Below, piece after piece: positions 1 through 8,500 of a stretch of DNA of 26,714 bases; the first letter of the stretch is position 1, and each line of letters opens with the position of its first letter. The notes under the pieces are model-generated. The model saw only the letters and a list, made by a program, of their open reading frames with translations. It was not told where the DNA came from and ran no database searches. Source of the stretch: an uncultured Gammaproteobacteria bacterium (GTDB lineage: Bacteria > Patescibacteriota > Microgenomatia > UBA1406 > GWC2-37-13); contig CAYUHI010000003.1 in the NCBI GenBank assembly GCA_964444485.1, forward strand, positions 1 to 26,714. Reading direction: 5' to 3'. The translations under genes were made by a program, and so were the position numbers.

Positions 1-1070
1 GCTTGGGCGAATTCGAAGTCACGGATATCGTGCCCCGGTACACCCACCAAACATCCGGTACCCACCGTAGCAAGGGCAAAATCAGCAACATAGATTGGCA
101 ACTGCCGTCCATTGAGTTCGTTGACTGCGTACCATCCGGTGAATACCCCTGTCTTCGCCCGATCCGTTCCTACTCGCTCCAGTTCACGCTTCTTGAGTGC
201 CTCGGCACAATATACCGATACTTTCTCATGCTCCGGAAACTCTGTCATGTGTTCTTTCACGAAATCACTGTCGGGTGCGCAGACGATGAATATCGCCCCG
301 AAGTTCGTATCCGGCCGCGTCGTGAAAACCTGTACTCTGTACTCTGTACTCTGTACTCTGTACTCAATGTTTATCCCCTCACTCTTCCCTATCCAATTGC
401 GCTGCCCGGCTTTGGTACTCTCAGGCCAATCCAACGCATTCAAGTCGTGTAACAGTCGCTCTGCATAGTCTGTGATCTTGAGGAACCACTGTTCCATGTC
501 TTTTTGTATCACCACGGTATCGCAACGCTCACACTTACCGTCTACCACCTGCTCATTCGCAAGTACTGTCTGGCATCCTTCACACCAGTTCACCGCCTGT
601 TTCTTGCGGTAAGCAAGACCACGTTTGTATAGGAGCAAAAACAGCCATTGTGTCCACTTGTAGTAGTCTGGGCGGTGCGCAGCCAGTTCTAGATCCCAAT
701 CGTAGCTCAAACCCAACGCCTTCATCTGTTCGGTGAATGTTTCAATAGCTTTTTCTGTCGTGATCTTCGGATGAGTGCCCGTTTTTACTGCAAAATTCTC
801 GGCAGGAAGCCCAAACGAATCAAACCCCATAGGGTGTAATACCTTTGTCCCCCTCATCCTCAGATATCGACAGTAGATATCGGTAGCAGTGTAGCCTTCT
901 ACATGACCCACATGGAGCCCCGAACCCGATGGATAGGGGTACATATCAAGCACATACTGTTTCGTATCACCAGACGAGATAGTTGGTGTTGCATTGATTC
1001 GGTCACGCTCCCATCGCTCTCTCCATTTCGTCTCAAACGTATTTGGTTGATATTTAGGTTGTGAAGACAT
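1..1070 (-). CDS. leuS: Leucine--tRNA ligase, N-terminal ~356 codons; runs off the left edge (absent from the ORF track)
   Basis: Manual translation from ATG at 1070: MSSQPKYQPNTFETKW...YVLDMYPYPSGSGLHVGH (HIGH motif)...HPMGFDSFGLPAENFA...VNWCEGCQTVLANEQV...CERC (Zn knuckle)...WFLKIT...QRNWIGKSEG...VFTTRPDT...GTGCLVGVPGHDIRDFEFA (CP1 editing domain with conserved Asp). Confidence 0.98.
   Translation of the reverse strand, partial: MSSQPKYQPNTFETKWRERWERDRINATPTISSGDTKQYVLDMYPYPSGSGLHVGHVEGYTATDIYCRYLRMRGTKVLHPMGFDSFGLPAENFAVKTGTHPKITTEKAIETFTEQMKALGLSYDWDLELAAHRPDYYKWTQWLFLLLYKRGLAYRKKQAVNWCEGCQTVLANEQVVDGKCERCDTVVIQKDMEQWFLKITDYAERLLHDLNALDWPESTKAGQRNWIGKSEGINIEYRVQSTEYRVQVFTTRPDTNFGAIFIVCAPDSDFVKEHMTEFPEHEKVSVYCAEALKKRELERVGTDRAKTGVFTGWYAVNELNGRQLPIYVADFALATVGTGCLVGVPGHDIRDFEFAQ
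330..365. repeat. Perfect heptamer tandem repeat (CTGTACT)x5 inside leuS, encoding EYRVQSTEYRVQ
   Basis: Directly visible: c-tgtactc-tgtactc-tgtactc-tgtactc-tgtactc. The leuS reading frame stays open through it. Confidence 0.97.
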
Positions 1071-1091
1071 AAGAAACCAAAGCGTATTGTA

Positions 1092-1826
1092 CTACATTAT
1101 AGAAGTGAGCTCGCTTTTCAACATCGCAACGACTTCCAACTTAAGAGACTTCCGAATCGCTGAGAATCTCTCTGGCGGTAATAGCATGTTCAAATCTTCA
1201 TTGATGCTCGTCTGGGTAACTTTATCTTGGATAAAGTCAATGAGCTTCGTGAAAAATTCACTTACGCTAGATTTCATCCTGTCTTGGATAACTTCCTTCG
1301 TGTACGTGTGTTGGTGGGTGAAAAAGTAATGAATATCGTATATGTCTCTCCCCGCTATTGACTGATGTTTACGATATCGGTCCAACATTGCTACGAGTTT
1401 ATGTGCAAACATAGTCTCGATGGTCTGACAGAGCATATATCGATCAATGTCGACCAAATAAATAGGCTTATACACGCTTGACGGCAGAGAATACTCAATC
1501 GCATCGAGTTTGATAGTATTTCTCATATTTTGTGACGCGCGATACTTAACTACATACTGCACGGTGGCTGAACTTTTGTTTTTTATTTCGAGGCCTAGTC
1601 GGGCATATACTTTTTCGAGGTCTCTCCTGACGGTTGCTTTCGTGGTACCGGGGACGATATCAAAGTCCAAATCTACCGAAAATCTATCTAGTTGACCCTG
1701 CATAGCAGCACATGTGCCACCCTTAAATATCAAAATCTTGGAAAGTGACGGAGTATCTGCAATCTCGATGAGTAGCCTGAATAGTTGGCCACGATGTATG
1801 GCATCTAGGGGCTTGGGTAGTATCAT
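1092..1826 (-). CDS. abiEii: Type IV toxin-antitoxin toxin, AbiEii-family nucleotidyltransferase (244 aa)
   Basis: Motif FKGGT...RFSVDLDF, later KLVAMLDR and GRDIYDIHY, typical of AbiEii/DUF1814. Start placed at ATG 1826 rather than 1868 because it overlaps the upstream TGA (ATGA) and follows AAGGAGGTG. Confidence 0.92.
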   Translation of the reverse strand: MILPKPLDAIHRGQLFRLLIEIADTPSLSKILIFKGGTCAAMQGQLDRFSVDLDFDIVPGTTKATVRRDLEKVYARLGLEIKNKSSATVQYVVKYRASQNMRNTIKLDAIEYSLPSSVYKPIYLVDIDRYMLCQTIETMFAHKLVAMLDRYRKHQSIAGRDIYDIHYFFTHQHTYTKEVIQDRMKSSVSEFFTKLIDFIQDKVTQTSINEDLNMLLPPERFSAIRKSLKLEVVAMLKSELTSIM

Positions 1827-2380
1827 AGATACCCCACCTCCTTTTGTATTCTCGTAACACTCTTCCAATCGATCCTGTCTGTGGCATCAAAATGATAGTG
1901 AGGATTGAAATACAACATATCAGCGATCGCCCTCTCTGTCGAAGCTATTCTATAATTGTTTTCCTCAATTACTCCCGCAGTGTTATACAAATATTCATCC
2001 TTGAGTTGCCTGCTCCTAACAGTGTACTCGCCTATCCGTATTTGCTTCGTCTTGGAAGCACAGAATGTCACTGTGTTTATTTGTTGAAATATGATGCTAT
2101 TTTGTGCCAGAACGGTTTCAGTACTTACATAACAGTACGAATGCAATGCAGATGACCCAAGCTCACGTGGGTCGATCTGCGGCAGAGGAACAACCGAATA
2201 GAACCCACGATATATCTTGAGTAAGATGCCTTTTTTCAAATAGCGTGAGATCGTTCGTCGTAAGGATGCTAGATTTGTCGCATTCCACAAAAGCATGAGA
2301 TCAGAGATGTGGAAAATGTTTCTTTTTTGTTGCAGAAGTATGGCTATTTTCCTCGTATTGCGTTTACGTATAGTAGACAT
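1823..2380 (-). CDS. abiEi: Type IV toxin-antitoxin antitoxin, AbiEi-family transcriptional regulator (185 aa)
   Basis: N-terminal wHTH-like segment (IFHISDL...ISRYLKKGILLKIYRGFY), then YVSTETVL and IASTERAIADMLY. Directly upstream of and translationally coupled to abiEii. Confidence 0.85.
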   Translation of the reverse strand: MSTIRKRNTRKIAILLQQKRNIFHISDLMLLWNATNLASLRRTISRYLKKGILLKIYRGFYSVVPLPQIDPRELGSSALHSYCYVSTETVLAQNSIIFQQINTVTFCASKTKQIRIGEYTVRSRQLKDEYLYNTAGVIEENNYRIASTERAIADMLYFNPHYHFDATDRIDWKSVTRIQKEVGYL

Positions 2381-2396
2381 ATATGTACATTATATG
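2378..2396. promoter_or_regulatory. Near-perfect palindrome over the -10 box and start codon; candidate AbiEi operator
   Basis: CATATA-TGTACA-T-TATATG is a perfect palindrome apart from one extra T. AbiEi antitoxins are known to autorepress through promoter inverted repeats. Confidence 0.5.
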
Positions 2397-2417
2397 ACTA
2401 CGGCATATGTTTGTCAA
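2389..2417 (-). promoter_or_regulatory. Consensus sigma70 promoter of the abiE operon
   Basis: Minus strand TTGACA (2417-2412), 17 nt, TATAAT (2394-2389). Only 8 nt separate the -10 box from the ATG. Confidence 0.85.
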
Positions 2418-2424
2418 TCACTTA

Positions 2425-2559
2425 CAGAAGTTACGCATTTATCCTTCGAGTGGAGCGCCGTAAAGGGCGGAGTCGAGAAGTTTGCCATAACAGTTCTCGA
2501 CTTAGTTTAAAGTGAGCTTGTCGAGCCACTCGAACAATAACTATCTTGCGTAAGATCTG
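2425..2559. mobile_element. MITE-like element E1 (135 bp): 13-bp imperfect TIRs, 7-bp target-site duplication
   Basis: Ends CAGAAGTTACGCA / TGCGTAAGATCTG (11/13 complementary). Flanked by TCACTTA at 2418-2424 and 2560-2566. Internal stems TTCGAGTGG/CCACTCGAA and AGTCGAGAA/TTCTCGACT. Homologous to 14763-14892. Confidence 0.85.
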
Positions 2560-2572
2560 TCACTTATATACA

Positions 2573-5500
2573 TCATCTAAAATTCACCGCCTGACCACCA
2601 TTGTAGTTCAACTTGATTTGTTGCTCAGAAAGTGCGTAGTTGTAGACACGGATATCATCTATCTTGCCATTGAACCATCGGGGGGTTGCGTCATCCATCC
2701 TACCAATATAGAAATTGGTTGCAGGATTTGTCATCACGCCGGTTCTACTTGCTTGCTCTCCAAACTTCCCGTCAACATAAATTTTATAGTTGGTTCCATC
2801 CCATACTGCGGCAAAGTGGTGCCAAGTGCTGTTTGATACCGTGGGATATTTAACATACGCACCATCCCAGCCACCGTCCACGCTTAGTTTGAATCGTAAT
2901 TCACCACTCTCATGCCATACATTAAATACTGATGTGCCATAACCCTGATCTGCATCGTTGAACTTACTCACGATAGATGCGCGTGCTGAAGTATTAGCAC
3001 TATTAAACCAACCTGTTACACTAAAAGAGGTCCAACCAGTAAGATTTGGATACGTAGTCCCAAGGTCAACCTCGTCATCCGTACCGTCAAAATTCAGAGA
3101 TCCGTTGTATTTACCAGTTGCGCCATTGTACCAAGCAGACCCTACCGTTTCACAATCACCTAGACTAGTCTGGTCACCTCCCGAGCCAGACCAACTGCCA
3201 TCTAGTGCACTATCGTATATGTCGTTGGATGAGTGTATCACGGTACCTCCACACTCATCTAGTTTATACCAAGCGATAGGCGCCCCACGGTTATAATCCC
3301 AAGCGACTTGGGCCGGGGTGCGGGCATAGCTGTAGAAACGGACCTCATCAATAGCCCCAGGGAAGTTGTATCCTCCAAGTTCATACTGGCCGATATATAT
3401 CGAGCCCGAATTGTCTAGGGTACAGGTCGTTTCTGTACTGTTTGTTATAACTCCATTACGGTATAGGGTAAGTATTTTAGTGTTATGATTATAGGTAGCT
3501 GCCAAGTGTTGCCATTTGTTTGCCTCAACAGGACCTCCGTTAAAATTGGCAATGCACCAATCAGCTCCGTCTCCTAAGTTGACTCTAAAGTCGCCACCCG
3601 CGAGTTCCAGTCGTATCTGGGGATTCGGTCTAGATAGAATCATATCTTGTGAGCCATCCACTACGCTAGGTTTGATCCATACCATGAATGAGATAGATCC
3701 ACCTGCCTCGTATGGATCTAGTCCCGAGACTTCTACATAGTCATTATCCCCATCGAAGTTAAGGGCTTTCCCGAACTTACCACCTATCCATGAAGGGTCT
3801 GCTGAGTCTACCCCACCTGATGATCCAAGTACTCCAGTGTTAGAATGGCCAGTAGTATCGTTCACCGACTGCCCCGTTCCTTCGTCAAACTTCCATTCTG
3901 CAACTGGTGCAGGATCTTGCCCTGCATCGCAGTTGCCCTCGAGGTTTCCGGGCGGACAGTATGCACGCGCGGCGGAGTTGTCCCCTGTCTTGCCGTCACT
4001 GGCGGTGCTCAGCGATCCCATCACTTGGGATTTGCCCTGATTATATTCAACCTTTACTTGGTTTTCAGAAAGGGCAAAGTCGTAGATCTTGACCTCGTCG
4101 ATGGTGCCATCAAAGACACTAGCCCCATCCCATGCTGCTCCGATATTTAACCCTCCCGCCGACGTGCTCACAGTCCCCGTAGTTGTTGCACTCGCATCTA
4201 ATCTTCCATTTATATATATCTGGGCTTTATGCGTCGTCTCGTTGTATACCGCAACAAGATGATACCAAGTATCGGTAACGATAGAACTAGTCGAGCAACC
4301 TCCTTGCCAACCACCCGCATAGACACCGAACTCGATCTTATTCTGGGCACAATTGGTGCCTTTTCTCAAAAAGGTGGTAACGTTGGTTGTCCTTGCACCA
4401 AGATACCGATCGTTATTTACCGCACGAGTTTTGAACCATAACGACCAAGAAAAGCTTGAAAGGTTGCTGATAGCGGGGACTGAGATATAGTCGTTATCAG
4501 CATCAAAATTTAATGCATTACCAAATTTACCATCTCTTGTCCAGCCACTCGTTGCAGTTGCAGGTACTGCCATACCTGATTGTGCGCCGTCGTATGTGGT
4601 TCTACCACTTCCACTATTACACACATCATTGGTGCCCCCCGAGCAAGTGTTATCGGTGCCCTCATCAAATTTGTAATGTATTACTGCAGAGCCCACAGGA
4701 CTTCCTGGAGCGGGATGTCCAGCGTTCATATCTCGAGTTATCTCAGTCTGAGAACGTGCATAGTTGTAGATCCTAAGGTCATCAAGCGACCCATAAAGCG
4801 AGTTACCCGAGAGAAGTGCAGAAGTATTCGCGATCGTAGTCACCGCAGTGGTCCCCGTTGTCTTTAGCACTCCATCCACGTACAAGCTAAGCGAAGTACC
4901 CGACTTGGTGAATGCGAGATGATGATATGTATCACCTGAGATCGCCGTTGTATCGGTGATACCAGGAGTGAATGTCGCATAGCCTATACGATAATTGCCA
5001 CCTACCCGTATTCCCGAATACCAGATCCTCATCGTCGGTCCATCTTTCAAAAATGTTGGATACACCAAATAACGATCATCCCATGAATTCGCTGATCCAT
5101 AGTCGAGAATACACCCTTCATCGTATGATTCTGAGTATCCGCAGGCGGCTGATGAAGTATTGTCATATTTTGTCCACGTTACCCCATCTGTCGAGGTCGC
5201 ATAACCGAGTCGGTAGTGGTCATCGCCTGTCTTAATACCATTAAAAACCATGTGATAGAGTGCACCATCTTTGATCACCCGGGGTCCGGACACCAAGGTG
5301 GCATACCAGGTGTTGGCACCTCCTAGTCCAACAATGCATCCATCTCCCGAAGTAGAACAGTTATTCCCTGAGTTTCGTGTCCAAGTTATGCCGTCTGAGG
5401 AAGTGGCGTAACCTATCCTGTCTACATTTGATGCATCCCGACCAGAGTACCACATCTTGTAAGTTGAGCCATCTTTAATCACCGAGGGCGCGGTAACGAA

Positions 5501-8500
5501 CTTGGCATCCCAATTTCCTGAGGTTCCGATATTGAAGATACAGCCGTTGCCAGATGTTCCTGAGCAGTTATTACCATTATACAGCGTCCAGTTTGCGCCG
5601 TCGGTAGACGTCGCGTACCCAATCCGCACATTGGTCCCGTCAGATCCTCCAAACCACATCTTGTATGTTCCGCCATCTTTGATCACTGAGGGAAAATAAG
5701 ATGCATTGATATTCCATGAACTTGCTCCACCGTAGGGAAGTACACAGCCGTCACCAGTACTGCTACAGTTATTACCGGAATTGCGTGTCCAGGAATAACC
5801 GTTAGTCGATGTAGCCAAACCCACGCTTACCTTTGACCCGTCGTTTCCGCCGTAATACATTTTGTACGTTGAACCTTCTTTAAAGACAAACGGTGTGTAG
5901 ACCTGCGCATCATCCCAATTATTGGTGGCGCTTATACTAATCACACATCCGTCATCGTACGACTCACCGAAAGAGCAATCCGCCGAAGACCCATTGTCGT
6001 AGCGTGTCCATGTTTTACTCACGTTTGTTAACATGCCATAAGGGATGCCGTCTTGGGTGATGCCGAGCTCATATCCATCTGTACCGTCAATTTTTTGCAT
6101 TAGGGGAGCGTTGTTGTTGAGGAGGAGATAATCTTTGCTGGCACTCTGCGGTCTTACCCATCCTGACAAAGTAAAGTCTCCTGAGAGTCTCAAGTTTGCG
6201 TTATCTGATACGGAGATATATTGCTGTGATCCGTTCATCGCCACACCGCTCCCGTACTTCCCTGTACCCCATACGGGACTGTTGGTAAGAGTCCCTGTAT
6301 AACTATTCCCGCTTGAATCGTTTGCTGTTGTTCCAGATCCCTCATCAAGCTTATAATATGCGATGGGGCTTGGAGATAAGGTGTAAAGTGATCGAATCTC
6401 GTATTCTGATAATGCTCTTTTGTAAACACGAGCTTCATCAATAATTCCATCATAATAATTGGATGCACCTCCCGTGCTGTCCTGAGCTCCAATATGGAAC
6501 TTGCCTCCATCATCTCCTATGGCAGAAGGTATCGTGCCTGTTGTGGCAACTGTTGCTTGTATGCCATTGATGTATATTCTTGCAGTTGCGGCTGCACTGT
6601 CATACACACCCACGACTTGGTACCAAGTATCCTGCACTAGGTTGCTTGCCGAAGTTTCAATATAGTTGTTTGTATCATTCAGCTCAAGACGGATCTCGTC
6701 AGCGTTTTGCATCAACCGATAGCTTACGTTTGCTCCATCCCACTTGGAAATGATGTTATACGTCCCAGCAGACACTGATTCCGGTTTGATCCAAGCGGCA
6801 AGTGTCAGACTTCCCGTTATCGAAAGCACTGTGTTATCCGCAACTGAAAAATATTGATTGCTCCCGCTCTCGAGATCCGCACCATTTCCAAACTTAGCAG
6901 TGACATAAGGAGTAGATGCAGAGTTTGTCAGTGTTGTTGCATTACCACTTGAGTCTGTCGCATTTCCTGAAGACTCATCCATTTTCCAATACCCAACCAA
7001 ACCATCGTAGAGTCTCTGGTAATCTTGATCTGAGAATTGTGCTGATACCGGGTCAGGCGCACCTCTTCGTATATAGTCGCCTTTCACCTGTCCCGCTGTA
7101 TACTCTGTACTATCAAGACGCACCTCATCCATGAGCCCCTGGTAATAGTTCGTCGAGTTATTGCCGAGTATGATCGCAGATCCTGACACCGTCGTACCTG
7201 TTGTTGCGACGATATGCTGCCACTTGCCAGCCTCTATCGTGGACTTAGCTACTCCATCCACGTAGAACGTCGCAGTGAACCCTGTCGCGGAAAGTGTCCC
7301 CGATGATGCGCTGATATAATCCGAGTTGTTAAGCTGAAGAAATGTAGTGGTAGTCGAAACTGGTCGTACCCAAAAGGAGACTGTTCTTACATTCACTTCC
7401 TCAGAAGTAGTCACTTTTGCCGTTGTTCCCTCAAAGTACAGACATTTGCCAGACACACAATACTCCTCGTTCTGCCATGTGGGTTTTGTAGTCCCTGCGA
7501 GCGTGCCAGTATTCACCGCATCTGTGCTATCGTGCGCAGTCGTGCTATATCCCTCATCCATCTTCCAGAAAGAATAATTCACAGATGCGAGGGGTTCTGT
7601 AAATAACCAGCATGTCCCATTTCCTCCTGCATCATAGTTGTTAGCTCCAAATGCATTTATTTCCTGCGAAGTTCCGTCACACGCACTATTTTTTACACTC
7701 GTATAACTCACCGATTCTGTACCCTGGTGATTAATCGTCCAACTTGGATTGCCTGAGACTGAATCAAGCGTCACGTAGGTAGGACCCGCAGACCCGGTGA
7801 GCGTCAACAGGCCATTGATCCGATATGTAGTCGAGTCATTAAACTTGATCGTTTTCCCTGCGGCGGTTGAAGTAAAGTTATAGAAGGTAGTGGCACCACT
7901 GATAGTCCCTGTGGTGGCCGTGTTGAATGTCACGGTCCCTTGCCGAGCCTCAAACCCCGATGTTCCCGGGGTGTTTGTCCAGTTGCGACCTACAGTGATC
8001 GGGAAGTTCGAACCATTCACTGCATCAAGTACTCCAGCAGTGATCGTCAGGTCGTTGGTGACAGTGATTCCACTTGTTGCGAGTGAGAATGTATTACTCG
8101 CTTTATTGAATATGACGTTGTAGTAAGTTGTTGAAGCGACATTCACTCCCGAGGTACTGGCGGGGATATATGAGATGGTAGTTGAACCAGGGGTGTATGT
8201 GCCTGCAACCGAAAGTGGTGTGCCATTTGCGGTAAGAGTAACCACCGAAGATGAGCTGGTTCCATCCAACGCTCCTCCTGAAGCTATAGCAATGTTGCCC
8301 GATGAGAGAGCAGGACTGGAAGCCCCAGGCACCAATTTGGATGTGGCAGTACTAGAGCGGGTGATCGTAGTCGTCTTCGTATTTGATACGGTGATACTAC
8401 CTGCCATATTTACCGTAAGAAGCTGGGTCCCCGACGGCTGGATAAGAAAGTCTCCGTTCACCGTCTGTGTACCGGAACCAAATGTATATGCTCTCCCTGC

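Noticed and set aside
3-468. Plus-strand ORFs 3..452 and 112..468
   Set aside because: They are antisense to the unambiguous leuS frame and have no recognisable motifs.
1827-1868. Longer AbiEii start at 1868 given in the track
   Set aside because: It overlaps abiEi by 46 nt. The ATGA overlap and SD support ATG 1826.
2425-2559. Riboswitch or tRNA-like RNA reading of E1/E2
   Set aside because: No riboswitch core or tRNA D/T-loop motifs recognised. TIRs plus TSDs are better explained by mobility, and wobble pairs do not consistently indicate one strand. An Rfam search would settle it.
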